A DNA stretch of 64,000 nt. It comes from Minisyncoccota bacterium. GTDB taxonomy: Bacteria; Patescibacteriota; Minisyncoccia; Phycocordibacterales; JAQTLZ01. A program made the position numbers and the translations under genes. The stretch's first letter is position 1; each line of letters opens with the position of its first letter. Below, piece by piece: positions 27,828 through 37,630 of the stretch. The notes beneath the pieces were generated by a model, which was not told the origin of the DNA, made no database searches, and worked only from the letters and a program-made list of their open reading frames with translations. The stretch is taken from positions 65,136 to 129,135 of the forward strand of contig JAQTSY010000003.1 of the NCBI GenBank assembly GCA_028711065.1, written 5' to 3'.

Positions 27828-29888
27828 ATGCACAAAAAGACTCATGGCGGACACGAGAAACACGGCAAAAAGACCGATAAACCTCACTCAAAGCCTCACC
27901 ACAACAAAACTCCAATCAAAGGCCCGCTTCTGAAAGGGAGTATTTTTGTTACTGCAAAGGGGGTTGGGTATGCTGAAATAGAGGGTACTCCGGAAGGCGC
28001 GGAGGACATCGAAATCGCTCCGGAACATTTAAATACCGCCCTCAACAATGACGAAGTGGAAATCGGTCTCTTCCCTCTCGTACCCGGCAAGCGACAAGCT
28101 GGAAAAGTCGTACGGATTATAAAACGGGCGAAAAATACTTTCGTCGGCACAATTCACATAAACAAAAATACTGTTTTTCTCATTCCTGACGACAAAAAAG
28201 TCTATAAAGATATTTACATTACGGACACAGGCACCGACAAGCGGATGAAAAATAAGATGAAAGCGCAGGTAGAAATTACCGAGTGGACAGATCCGGAAAG
28301 AAATCCAAAAGGAAAAATCATAAAAATAATCGGCAAGAAGGGCGACAACGATGCGGAAATGCATTCCATCGTTCTTGAAAAAGGATTCGATACCGACTTC
28401 CCTCCTGAAGTTGAGGCTGAAGCGGAACATATCGAGAGAACTGAAAAGCCAATTCCGCAGGCAGAAATAGCAAAGCGAAAAGATTTCCGCCATACGCTTA
28501 CTTTCACTATCGACCCCGTTGATGCGAAAGATTTTGATGATGCGATTTCTTACAAGCCCCTCGAAAACGGCGATGCTGAAATCGGCGTGCATATCGCTGA
28601 TGTATCGCATTACGTGCGAGAAGGGACTGCGCTTGACCGCGAAGCGGTCAAGCGCGGGTTCTCCGTCTATCTTGTAGACCGCACTATCCCGATGCTCCCA
28701 GAAGTTCTCTCAAATGACATCTGCTCTTTGAATCCTCGCGAAGACAAACTTACTTTCTCGGCAGTTTTCGTGATCGACAAAAATGCAAAAGTAAAATCAA
28801 GCTGGTTTGGAAAAACGATCATCAATTCCGACAAACGCTTTTCATACGAGGAGGCTCAGGGGGTTATTGATAATGCTGGCTCATCCGCCGAAATTTTGCC
28901 GGGCAAAACTTTGGCGGACAAGTACGCTCCAGAACTCATCGAACTCAATCGTCTTGCAAAAATAATGCAGAAAGAAAAATTTAGTGCTGGCGCAATTGAT
29001 TTTGAGCAGACAGAAGTGAAATTCGAGCTCGATGAAACCGGAAAGCCTATTCGCGTGTACAAAAAAGAACGTCTCGACACACACAAACTCGTCGAAGAAT
29101 ACATGCTCCTTGCAAACCGAGGCGTAGCCGAATTTATTTCAAAGGCATACAAAGCTGAAGGAAAAACAAACGCTGCGATGATCTACCGCATTCACGATTT
29201 GCCAAACGCAGAAAAAATTAAAGATCTTGCAGTATTCATCAAAGCGCTCGGATACGAACTCGAAGAAAAAAACGGAGAAATCCATTCAAAAGATCTCACG
29301 AAACTTCTCACTTCCATCGAAGGAAAACCGGAAGCGGGACTCATACGAACCGCAGCAATCCGCAGTATGGCAAAGGCAGTCTATTCAACCCAGAATGTTG
29401 GACATTTCGGATTGGCGTTCAAATACTACACACACTTCACTTCTCCAATCCGCCGATATGCAGACCTTATGGTGCACCGACTTCTCGCACGGCATTTGAA
29501 CAAAGAACCGATTCAATCAGGTGAAATTGCTCGCTACCAATCTCTTGCAACTAAGAATACCGAGAGAGAAATTTCCGCCGCAGAAGCAGAGCGAGCAAGC
29601 ATTAAATACAAACAGGTTGAATTCATGCAGGACAAAGTGGGGCAAGTTTTTGACGGAATTATTTCCGGCGTGACCGAATGGGGCATCTACATCGAAGAAA
29701 AAGATACGCGATGCGAAGGAATGATTCGCCTCCGCGACCTTACCGATGACTATTACAGACTCGACCAGAAAAATTACACCCTCGTTGGAGAAAAGAAACA
29801 CAAAAAATATCGCTTGGGCGACAGCGTGAAATTCCGAGTGATGAAAGCCGATCTCGAAGCCAAAACGCTTGATTTTGCTCTTGTATAA
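27828..29888 (+). CDS. rnr: Ribonuclease R (RNB-family 3'-5' exoribonuclease) with a His/Lys-rich N-terminal extension
   Basis: RNB catalytic motif TIDPVDAKDFDDAIS, a C-terminal S1-like domain and N-terminus MHKKTHGGHEKHGKKTDKPHSKPHH. Confidence 0.9.
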   Translation: MHKKTHGGHEKHGKKTDKPHSKPHHNKTPIKGPLLKGSIFVTAKGVGYAEIEGTPEGAEDIEIAPEHLNTALNNDEVEIGLFPLVPGKRQAGKVVRIIKRAKNTFVGTIHINKNTVFLIPDDKKVYKDIYITDTGTDKRMKNKMKAQVEITEWTDPERNPKGKIIKIIGKKGDNDAEMHSIVLEKGFDTDFPPEVEAEAEHIERTEKPIPQAEIAKRKDFRHTLTFTIDPVDAKDFDDAISYKPLENGDAEIGVHIADVSHYVREGTALDREAVKRGFSVYLVDRTIPMLPEVLSNDICSLNPREDKLTFSAVFVIDKNAKVKSSWFGKTIINSDKRFSYEEAQGVIDNAGSSAEILPGKTLADKYAPELIELNRLAKIMQKEKFSAGAIDFEQTEVKFELDETGKPIRVYKKERLDTHKLVEEYMLLANRGVAEFISKAYKAEGKTNAAMIYRIHDLPNAEKIKDLAVFIKALGYELEEKNGEIHSKDLTKLLTSIEGKPEAGLIRTAAIRSMAKAVYSTQNVGHFGLAFKYYTHFTSPIRRYADLMVHRLLARHLNKEPIQSGEIARYQSLATKNTEREISAAEAERASIKYKQVEFMQDKVGQVFDGIISGVTEWGIYIEEKDTRCEGMIRLRDLTDDYYRLDQKNYTLVGEKKHKKYRLGDSVKFRVMKADLEAKTLDFALV

Positions 29889-29946
29889 GGTAAGGTAAAG
29901 ATAGAAACTTTGTGCTCGACAAACCGAAACCCGGAGGATTGGAAAC

Positions 29947-30336
29947 ATGAGCGACGCTTTACTTGCTGAAATTCCAGTCCTCGTCGAGGATTTGGAATCT
30001 CTTATCGGGAGAAATCCGACTCTGCCCGCGCAATGTCAATTCCGTGTTGAAGACATCGGGAAAGAGATTCGTACGACTCTCGAAAAGGATGGACGGCGCG
30101 CAATTGAACATATCCCCGTTCTCTTAGACGAGATGTGCTCTCACGCACTCGCGTGTCTCCAATGTAATGGAGAAGGGTTCGGGGAAGTTGGACAAAAACG
30201 AAGGAGAATCATCGAGATCCTCGTGAAAGCATCCTGCGAAGGGAAAGATACAGAAAATGTGTACTTCTTTCTCTATCGAGCCTGCGGATGGACGCAAACA
30301 CAGATCATCGAACTCTGCTTCAAAAGGAAAGGTTGA
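29947..30336 (+). CDS. Hypothetical Cys-containing protein
   Basis: GGAGG SD; followed by an intrinsic terminator; CSHALACLQCNGEGF segment; no known motif. Confidence 0.45.
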   Translation: MSDALLAEIPVLVEDLESLIGRNPTLPAQCQFRVEDIGKEIRTTLEKDGRRAIEHIPVLLDEMCSHALACLQCNGEGFGEVGQKRRRIIEILVKASCEGKDTENVYFFLYRACGWTQTQIIELCFKRKG

Positions 30337-30339
30337 ACT

Positions 30340-30367
30340 ACCCCGCCCCACCAAGGCGGGTGTTTTA
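30340..30367 (+). terminator. Intrinsic terminator
   Basis: CCCCGCC-CCACCAA-GGCGGG plus TGTTTT. Confidence 0.6.
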
Positions 30368-30565
30368 TTGTAGATTTGTAATAGAATTCAACTGACTAAG
30401 ATACGATGGGATTACAAAAACAAGACCAATGAGAGGCAGAACAATTACCGCGATGGTAATGATCGCTGTCCACATAATATATTTCCGAGTCTTTTCAACC
30501 GACTTATAAATCGCGTCAATTTTCACATCTTGTTCCTGTAATTTTTTTAGAATTTCTTGTTCCAC
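30365..30565 (-). CDS. Small membrane protein (coiled-coil N-terminus plus one TM helix)
   Basis: TAIITIAVIVLPLIGLVFVIPSYL; same architecture as the ORF at 24381..24656. Confidence 0.35.
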   Translation of the reverse strand: MEQEILKKLQEQDVKIDAIYKSVEKTRKYIMWTAIITIAVIVLPLIGLVFVIPSYLSQLNSITNLQ

Positions 30566-30599
30566 CCCTCAATTCTACCACATAGTTCGCCTTAGCGAA

Positions 30600-32171
30600 C
30601 TAGTATGTCTCATCGCGTTTTTCCTTCAGGAATGAAAGAAATCCATCTGACGTAGCGAGCACGAGTTTAAATGGCACTTCAATAAGGAAATCAAGTACGA
30701 ACACAAAGACATTGATCGAAGCGAATTTTACGGAAAGCCATCGGCCTATTCTCACAATTGGAAGAGTAAAGAGATTCCACAAAAGCGCAATGGTCCCCTC
30801 TTCTTCATCCCTGATTCGCCATCTCTCGGCGTTGTAACGGATACGCAAACCAAAATAGCTGACGAAAGTAAGGAAAAGAAGGAAAAGCAGAATGCTGACA
30901 AAATTGAATCCCAAAGATATGAGAATCCAGAGAATAATTCCGAAACTCACAAGAAACAATACTCCGTATAAAATGAAAAAGGTGAAATTAAGAAGAATGC
31001 CTGACGAAGACGGCTTTACATACATTTTTTTCACGTCGCCTGTGTATAGAACCGAGTGAATTCCTTCTGTGATCTTTTTCGTATTTTTGTCGCCCAGAGG
31101 CTTGATGCCCCGAGTCATGAGAAAGAGGAGAAAAGGATGGAAGAGAATATTCGTCACCAAGGCAACATAATTTATGAAATGAATATAGAAAATTTCGTAC
31201 GGCAATTCAAGAAAAAATGCCAAAATGATTTTCGTGCAAAACACATACACGATCGCCCGCTTCCCGCTTTTCTTGATTCTTTCATTTTCCTTCTTATTTT
31301 TTTTCTCTAGAACCGTTTTAATGTTTTCGTCGAGGTGATGCGTATCTGCAAAAACTTGTTCGGTTTCCGCCCCATATTTATCAACGATCTCTTTCAAAAC
31401 AGAGAAATAGAGAGCTTGATTTCGGATTTTTGACTGGATTTGAAAACGAATCGGATCTTCAAGCTCAAGAATGATATTTTTGATGAGCACGAAAAAATCC
31501 ACGTTCATCTTTCGCAGATCTTCTTCGCTCGAAATGGTCGCCCACTCCGGCACAGATTTGAGCCATAGAGAATAGAAAATGGTCGGGTCGTCGTCCTGAA
31601 GAAGGAGACGTCTGCAAGCGATATAGACCTGCCGCCCAAATTGGATGTTGGAAAGTTCTCCGGAATATTTTATTGCATTTTTTATGCTTCCATAGAAAGC
31701 TTCGACAAGAAGAGTATCGTTCGGCCGAGGAAATAAGAAGAGATCAATTTCGCTTGCGGCGAGATTAATGAGCCGGCTTTTCAATTTCAAATTTCGAAGA
31801 AGCTTCGAACCGATATGTTTTTTGACAACCAAAAATCGATTCAAAATTCTCTGAATATCTTTCGCCACGTCTTCCCCAACCCGGTCGTTCGGCAAATATC
31901 CCCCGCTCACAAGTTCCTCCAAAAGAGAGAGGCCGATATTATTATCGATTTCGATCATCACTTTTCTCCGGATGATCCTCTCGATCGCACTTCTTCGGAT
32001 CGTATGCTCCTCTTTATAGTCGACGAAATAGCGTATCTTTTCGTAGAAAGCGCCAGCTTTACCGGTAAGCTTATTTACTCGTATCAAAGCGTCCTCCGGC
32101 CCAGAAATGGGGCCTTTTGAGGACTTATGCTTCAAATCATCAACAAGTTTTTGGATAACAGGTGAAAGCAT
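30600..32171 (-). CDS. Hypothetical membrane protein (~380-aa soluble N-terminal domain plus C-terminal polytopic region)
   Basis: I prefer the ATG at 32171 (MLSPVIQKL...) because the longer ORF overlaps queD; several C-terminal hydrophobic helices. Confidence 0.5.
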   Translation of the reverse strand: MLSPVIQKLVDDLKHKSSKGPISGPEDALIRVNKLTGKAGAFYEKIRYFVDYKEEHTIRRSAIERIIRRKVMIEIDNNIGLSLLEELVSGGYLPNDRVGEDVAKDIQRILNRFLVVKKHIGSKLLRNLKLKSRLINLAASEIDLFLFPRPNDTLLVEAFYGSIKNAIKYSGELSNIQFGRQVYIACRRLLLQDDDPTIFYSLWLKSVPEWATISSEEDLRKMNVDFFVLIKNIILELEDPIRFQIQSKIRNQALYFSVLKEIVDKYGAETEQVFADTHHLDENIKTVLEKKNKKENERIKKSGKRAIVYVFCTKIILAFFLELPYEIFYIHFINYVALVTNILFHPFLLFLMTRGIKPLGDKNTKKITEGIHSVLYTGDVKKMYVKPSSSGILLNFTFFILYGVLFLVSFGIILWILISLGFNFVSILLFLLFLTFVSYFGLRIRYNAERWRIRDEEEGTIALLWNLFTLPIVRIGRWLSVKFASINVFVFVLDFLIEVPFKLVLATSDGFLSFLKEKRDETY

Positions 32172-32285
32172 ACAAGCGCAGATTCTAGCCGATTTTGGGC
32201 CTAAAAGCCATCTTTTTTTGTTGCAAAGATCGTAGAGAAAAGCTAGTCTGGAATTCGGCTTAGCACAAACAAAAGGAGGCTCAAG

Positions 32286-32663
32286 ATGCCGAATACGACA
32301 ATCGGAAAGACATTCACATTTGAGGCTGCCCACCAGCTTCCGGATTACAAGGGTAAATGCGCACGTCTCCACGGGCATTCGTACAAACTCTCCGTCTCAG
32401 TTTCCGGAGAGAAACAAGAGGACGGGCCCCACAAGGGGATGATCATTGATCTGGTCGTCCTATCGGAAATCGTCCATGCCGAGATCATAGACAAGTGGGA
32501 CCATCAACCGCTTCATGAGATCTTGTCATTTACGACAACGGTTGAGATGCTCGCCGAAGAAATCTTCCGGCTGTTGGATGGAAAACTCCCATCCGGAGTT
32601 GTGCTTGAAGAAGTGGTCCTCTTCGAAACAGCCACTTGCTGGGCAAAGACCACACGCTTATGA
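32286..32663 (+). CDS. queD: 6-carboxy-5,6,7,8-tetrahydropterin synthase (QueD / PTPS family)
   Basis: CARLHGHSY zinc-binding motif with catalytic His/Glu. Confidence 0.85.
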   Translation: MPNTTIGKTFTFEAAHQLPDYKGKCARLHGHSYKLSVSVSGEKQEDGPHKGMIIDLVVLSEIVHAEIIDKWDHQPLHEILSFTTTVEMLAEEIFRLLDGKLPSGVVLEEVVLFETATCWAKTTRL

Positions 32664-32678
32664 AATTTCAAAAACAAG

Positions 32679-32702
32679 ACGACCCTCAAAGGTCGTTTTT
32701 TA
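32679..32702 (+). terminator. Intrinsic terminator after queD
   Basis: ACGACC-CTCAAA-GGTCGT plus T6. Confidence 0.7.
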
Positions 32703-32735
32703 TTGCCTATCTATTCTGTAGAAATAAAGTGAAAT

Positions 32736-35000
32736 TTATTTCGCCACCTGAGCAGCCTCTTCAAACGCAATAGAAAGGAGTTTTGAGATACCGTCGGAAC
32801 CCATCGTGATTCCATAAAGAATTCCAGCGCGGGACATTGTCTCGCGATTGTGAGTGATGAGAATGAGCTGGGAATATTTTGAAAGATTTTCGATCATATC
32901 TCCATATTTTTTTGAATTTGCTTCGTCAAGCGCCGCATCTGTCTCATCGAGAATAATAAACGGAGGAGGGTTCACCTGGGAGACTGCGAAAATAAGAGCA
33001 ATGGATGTGAGCGCTCTCTCGCCCCCCGAGAGCATTGCCAGCCCTTTTGTCTTCTTTCGGGGGAGACTCACGGAAATATCAATTCCTTCTTTCCCCTCTT
33101 CTTCTTCGCCCATTTCTTCCGGCATCTCTCCCATTCCTTCGAGATCCAAATCAGTGAGAGCTTTTTTCTTTTTTGTCTCGCGAACCACCTCAAGCGCCGC
33201 CGTCCCGCCTCCAAACATAAGCGCGAAAAATTCTTGGAATTGCTTGTTTATTTTTAAAACTCCTTCTTTGAATTCGATATCAAGACGCTGTTCAAGCTCT
33301 TTAATGAGGATTTCGAGCGATGCAGAGGACTTTCTAAGGTCTTCGAGCTCACGGGTCAAAAATGCTTCGCGTTCGGATACTTCGCGAAATTCTTTCATAA
33401 TATCATCCGCTCCGCCTCCACCCGCGTCTTCGAGACGCACTTTAATTTTCTCAATTCTCTTTCGGCGTTCTTGCTGTCCCGTTCTGTCAGTCTCAAGCGC
33501 CTCTCCCTGTATTTTGAAATTTTCGTACTCCACAATTGCCCGCCCCACAAGATGCCCAGCTTCCCCGAGCTCGCGTTTAAAATCTTCTTCATCATGATGA
33601 TACAACTCTTCCCGCACCTTAAGTACGCTAAGCTCCCCATGAATCTGATTCTGTTCAGCCATGATCTTGAAAATCGCTTTCTCGGCATCCCGGCTCGAAT
33701 CTTTTTCCTTTTCAATGTCATTTTTGAGCGTTTCGTAAGCTTTGTGATACCCCGCTTCTTCCTTTTTGTCTTTTTCGATCTCTGCTTCGATGCCCTTCTT
33801 TTCAGAATTCAGCCGTGTTAATTCAGCCTCGGCATCTTCAATTTCTTTCGGCGCACCTCCTTGTTTTTTGTCTGAAATAAATCGAGCGAAAATATCTCGA
33901 ATACTTTTCAAAACTTCCCTTATTTTGGAAAAATCTTCGCTCCCTTCAGCAATTTTGAGAGATTCGCCCACTCGTTTTTCGAGCTCTTCGACATCTTTGA
34001 GATGCACCAATTTCTCATCAGCACTCCCGAGCGCATGTTTAGCTTTCTCACGGCGCCTCTCTTCGGCAGAAATATTTCCTTCAAGTCGTCCAAGAGAACG
34101 AGAAAGAACATCCAGATTCTCCCGAACAATCCTAATCTTTCCTTCAAGCGAGATAAGCTCATTACTTTTCTCATCTTTATTACCAGATTTCGCAAGAACC
34201 GTTCTTGCGAGAGAAAGTTCCTTTTCGAGTTTTGCCAAAGCTTCAGTCGGACCCCTCTTCGCATCTCCCAAAGTCTTTTTTTCGTGTTTCAAATAGGCAT
34301 CTTCTCGTCTAAAATATTCGAGATAGAGATTCGTAAGCTCATCTTTCATCACAAGCGCTTTCTCCACCTTTTCCACCTGTTTTTTTAAAAAAGTGAGGTG
34401 CGGAGTAATTTCTCGGCGAAGCGATTCGACTGATTTAATGTTTTCTTCTGTCTTCTCAAGTTTCCGCTCGCTTTCTGCTCTTTTGTATTGATAAATTTTG
34501 AGCCCCAGCGCATCCTCCACCATCTCCCGCCTTTCTCTCAAGTTTGCATTCAAAATTCTGTCAGCCTCTCCTTGGGAGATGATGTGGTGCCCAGATGAGC
34601 CGATATGCGCCTTCGCAAGAAGTTCGATGATGTCTTTGAGGCGCACAGATGAGCCGTTGATGAGATATTCGTTCACTCCGTCCCGATGAACCACCCGTTC
34701 GATCGAAACATCATCAAAATCAATATCCAAAACACGTTTCCGATTATCGAAAACCACTTTTACGCTGGCGCGATTCTGCCGCCCCGCATCTTTTGTGCCG
34801 TTAAAAATGAGATCCTCCCCGCGCTTTCCGCGCATTGATTTGATAGACTGCTCGCCCAAGACAAACCGAAAAGCTTCCGCAATATTTGATTTCCCAGAGC
34901 CGTTGGGACCCACAATAGAGGCAATCGGAGAATTGAAATCCAGCGTGCTTTTTTTCCCGAAAGATTTGAATCCGGAAATCTCGAGACTCTTTAAATACAT
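32736..35000 (-). CDS. smc: SMC-family chromosome segregation ATPase (short form, 754 aa)
   Basis: N-terminal Walker A GPNGSGKSN, a long coiled-coil, C-terminal signature LSGGERALTSIAL and Walker B ILDETDAALD; conserved position upstream of rnc. Confidence 0.8.
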   Translation of the reverse strand: MYLKSLEISGFKSFGKKSTLDFNSPIASIVGPNGSGKSNIAEAFRFVLGEQSIKSMRGKRGEDLIFNGTKDAGRQNRASVKVVFDNRKRVLDIDFDDVSIERVVHRDGVNEYLINGSSVRLKDIIELLAKAHIGSSGHHIISQGEADRILNANLRERREMVEDALGLKIYQYKRAESERKLEKTEENIKSVESLRREITPHLTFLKKQVEKVEKALVMKDELTNLYLEYFRREDAYLKHEKKTLGDAKRGPTEALAKLEKELSLARTVLAKSGNKDEKSNELISLEGKIRIVRENLDVLSRSLGRLEGNISAEERRREKAKHALGSADEKLVHLKDVEELEKRVGESLKIAEGSEDFSKIREVLKSIRDIFARFISDKKQGGAPKEIEDAEAELTRLNSEKKGIEAEIEKDKKEEAGYHKAYETLKNDIEKEKDSSRDAEKAIFKIMAEQNQIHGELSVLKVREELYHHDEEDFKRELGEAGHLVGRAIVEYENFKIQGEALETDRTGQQERRKRIEKIKVRLEDAGGGGADDIMKEFREVSEREAFLTRELEDLRKSSASLEILIKELEQRLDIEFKEGVLKINKQFQEFFALMFGGGTAALEVVRETKKKKALTDLDLEGMGEMPEEMGEEEEGKEGIDISVSLPRKKTKGLAMLSGGERALTSIALIFAVSQVNPPPFIILDETDAALDEANSKKYGDMIENLSKYSQLILITHNRETMSRAGILYGITMGSDGISKLLSIAFEEAAQVAK

Positions 35001-35117
35001 AGGAAATACTGTAACATTTTTTCAGGCCACTTGAAAGATTTATTTTTGACTTTATCCGACTCCCTTCTCCGAAGGTCGCTGGATAAGTGTCGAATTGAAG
35101 CAAGCTTCAATTCTCCC

Positions 35118-35804
35118 TTACCATCCATTCGATTCAAGCGCTTTTTCCGCAGCTTTTTGTTCAGCTTCCTGTTTTGATTTCCCTTCTCCCTCCGCGAGAC
35201 ATGCTTCGTTGAGATATACGCCAATGAGGAAATGTTTGTCGTGATCTGGTCCCGATTCTCGAATTGTTTTGTATGCAGGCGTGACTCCTGTTTTTTCTTG
35301 CGCCAATTCCTGAAAACGGCTTTTTGCATCAATCCATGCGCCTTGGGCCACGATCGAATCAATGAGGCCGAAAATATTTTCTGAAATAAATTGCTTTGCA
35401 ACTTCGTAGCCTTGGTCAATATAAATTGCTCCAATGACAGATTCCATCGTGTCAGCAAGAATTGATTGTCGCGCTCGGCCAGTATCTCTCGCTTCACCTT
35501 TTGAAAGAAGAAGGTAGTCGTTGAAACCTAGGGACTCTGCCACACCAGAAAGGGTTACCGCATTTACAAGCGATGCTCTGTAAGAGGTAAGATCGCCCTC
35601 TTGGTTGTCTGGATATTTGTGATAGAGATACTCGGTCACGATGAGTTCGAGCACCGCGTCGCCCAAAAATTCGAGCCGTTCGTTGTGAGCCATTTTCAAT
35701 CCTCGATTTTCATTCAAATAGGAACGATGAATAAAAGCTTGTTTGAGAAGCTCTTTGTTTTGAAATGTCACTCCGATCTTTTTTTCAAATACGCCTAAAT
35801 CCAT
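35118..35804 (-). CDS. rnc: Ribonuclease III
   Basis: ERLEFLGDAVLELIVTEYLY signature plus a C-terminal dsRBD. Confidence 0.9.
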   Translation of the reverse strand: MDLGVFEKKIGVTFQNKELLKQAFIHRSYLNENRGLKMAHNERLEFLGDAVLELIVTEYLYHKYPDNQEGDLTSYRASLVNAVTLSGVAESLGFNDYLLLSKGEARDTGRARQSILADTMESVIGAIYIDQGYEVAKQFISENIFGLIDSIVAQGAWIDAKSRFQELAQEKTGVTPAYKTIRESGPDHDKHFLIGVYLNEACLAEGEGKSKQEAEQKAAEKALESNGW

Positions 35805-35807
35805 ATA

Positions 35808-36710
35808 TTATTTTGCTTTCAGCAAAATGTTCACCGCTTTGGTAATAATTGGTACGAGATCATCGTAGAGCGTGAGCTCGCCGATTTTTTCGAGGGGAAA
35901 CCACTTTGCATCATCCAGTCCGCCAAGTTTTTGGAGTTTTAATTGTTCAAACGGAGAAGTACATTCTGCAAGGAAATAAACAACTGATTTTCTGATCTTT
36001 TTCTTCTCTTTGTTGTAGGTAATGTAGGAATTCTCTCCAAGCTTTTCTTTGATATCAATATCAACTCCCATTTCTTCTTTTATTTCACGACAAGTTGCTT
36101 TTTCATCGTCCTCGCCTGATTCAAGTTTACCTTTTGAAAGCGTCCAGTGCTTGAAAATGTCGTGGACAAATGCGAGATACATCTGCTTCCCCTTTTTCAT
36201 ATAGACGACCGCTCCGCCAAGCTTCTCAATCGGCGCTTTATCATCCGGCACCTCATCTTTTTTCTTTTTTGATGTCTCGTCTTTTCCAGGTTCTCCAAGT
36301 TCTTTGTAAACCGCTCCTAAAACTCCGTTTACAAATTTGCCTGACGTCTCTCCGCCAAATGTTTTTGCAAGCTCGATCGATTCGTTGATAGCAACTTTCG
36401 CTGGGACCTCGCCTCGGTCTGAAAAGAGAAGTTCGTACAAGCCGATGCGGAGAATATTTCTATCCACAATCGAGATCTTGTCTATTGGCCAGTCTGGGGC
36501 AGCTTTTTCGATGATCGCGTCAATATCTTTTTTCTTTTCGAGAATGTGTTGGGTCAGAGATTTCATAAATGAAAAATCTCCCATCCCAGGAGCAAATTCT
36601 TCGGCATTTCTTTCGAGCACGGCAGATGCATCAGAGGCAGGGAGGCTTCTGAAATCCATTTCAAACATGGACTGCATCACTATACTTCTGGAAAGGTGCC
36701 TATTGGCCAT
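35808..36710 (-). CDS. nusB: NusB antitermination factor fused to a C-terminal Nudix hydrolase domain
   Basis: N-terminal NusB ([28 protein letters not shown]); a K-rich linker; Nudix box [23 protein letters not shown] matching Gx5Ex7REUxEExGU, in one 300-aa ORF. Confidence 0.8.
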   Translation of the reverse strand: MANRHLSRSIVMQSMFEMDFRSLPASDASAVLERNAEEFAPGMGDFSFMKSLTQHILEKKKDIDAIIEKAAPDWPIDKISIVDRNILRIGLYELLFSDRGEVPAKVAINESIELAKTFGGETSGKFVNGVLGAVYKELGEPGKDETSKKKKDEVPDDKAPIEKLGGAVVYMKKGKQMYLAFVHDIFKHWTLSKGKLESGEDDEKATCREIKEEMGVDIDIKEKLGENSYITYNKEKKKIRKSVVYFLAECTSPFEQLKLQKLGGLDDAKWFPLEKIGELTLYDDLVPIITKAVNILLKAK

Positions 36711-36778
36711 TTATAGCTTATTAGCTAAGAACTTCTACCTCAAAACACGAAACAAAACCCAAAAATAGCATCAAAAAC

Positions 36779-37000
36779 TTACTTTTTCGCTGCTGCTTTT
36801 GCTTTCTTTTCTTTCTTGGCAATTTTTGCCAAAACATCTACCACCACCCGGCCTTTGTATTTGCCGCAATTGGTGCACATGGTGTGATTCATACGCATTG
36901 CGCCGCAATCAGGGCACTTCGATACGCGCATCGAAACGAGCGCATGATGTGAGCGCCTGTTTCCTGTATGAGCACGTGTATGTCGCATTCGTACTACCAT
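36779..37000 (-). CDS. rpmF: 50S ribosomal protein L32
   Basis: MRHTRAHTGNRRSHHAL N-terminus and a CxxC...CxxC zinc ribbon. Confidence 0.8.
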   Translation of the reverse strand: MVVRMRHTRAHTGNRRSHHALVSMRVSKCPDCGAMRMNHTMCTNCGKYKGRVVVDVLAKIAKKEKKAKAAAKK

Positions 37001-37054
37001 ATTGCGAATAGTATACTCAATTTACAGAAAAACACAACACTTAAGAGATGTGTG

Positions 37055-37092
37055 AAGCCCTCCCGAACAATCTTGTTGAGGGAGGGCTTTTA
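37055..37092 (-). terminator. Terminator hairpin downstream of the hypothetical ORF 37100..37558
   Basis: GCCCTCCC-GAACAATCTTGTTGA-GGGAGGGC with T's on the minus strand. Confidence 0.55.
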
Positions 37093-37099
37093 CGACGGG

Positions 37100-37558
37100 T
37101 TACATGCGCGATTTTGCGCGCCTACGAGGAACGTCCGAATGAGGCGAGGCGTGAGTGGAGGGTCTGTGCTTGGCCTTTGCACTCCCCTCCTTCTTCTGGT
37201 CTTTTGCCTCATCTTCTTCCGATTTCGGCGGCCCAATCGAAGCAATAAAATCCTTGCCGTGACTTTGCCACCTGAAATGAAACGTCTTGCCGAGCTTCCC
37301 CTCAGTGCAACTTTCAGCGCCACAAGGGATGGTGAATTTGCACTCATTACCACTCGCCTTTCTTGGAGTTCCTGCGCCGACCGTAATGTTAGTCGACGGG
37401 CCTTCGGCCAGATGTACTTCGATGGTCTGAGTATCTGCACCCAAGCGCAGAAACGAGATCAGACCTTCGAGCGAGACCGTACCGGACATCTCCCAGCAAA
37501 ACACCCCTCCCTCAAGGACGAGAAGGTCGGCCTCAAGTATCGGCTGCTTGAGAGCCAC
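37100..37558 (-). CDS. Hypothetical protein (GC-rich, GTG start)
   Basis: 152-aa ORF followed by a terminator hairpin; charged C-terminal half; no recognised motif. The competing plus-strand ORF 36968..37645 overlaps rpmF and looks less protein-like. Confidence 0.35.
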   Translation of the reverse strand: MALKQPILEADLLVLEGGVFCWEMSGTVSLEGLISFLRLGADTQTIEVHLAEGPSTNITVGAGTPRKASGNECKFTIPCGAESCTEGKLGKTFHFRWQSHGKDFIASIGPPKSEEDEAKDQKKEGSAKAKHRPSTHASPHSDVPRRRAKSRM

Positions 37559-37630
37559 AATTTCACCTCCAATCTGCGCAAGAGCGCAACAAAACGAGAC
37601 GTGTTCCTCACAAGGAACTTACCCTTTTCA

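Noticed and set aside
32854-34296. Ser-rich plus-strand ORFs inside smc
   Set aside because: Antisense to the coiled-coil-encoding region of smc; they are low-complexity translations with no start context.
35084-35105. Perfect 10-bp palindrome GAATTGAAGC-AA-GCTTCAATTC between smc and rnc
   Set aside because: It is possibly an operator or processing stem, but it is single and short with no T-tract, so there is not enough to call a feature.
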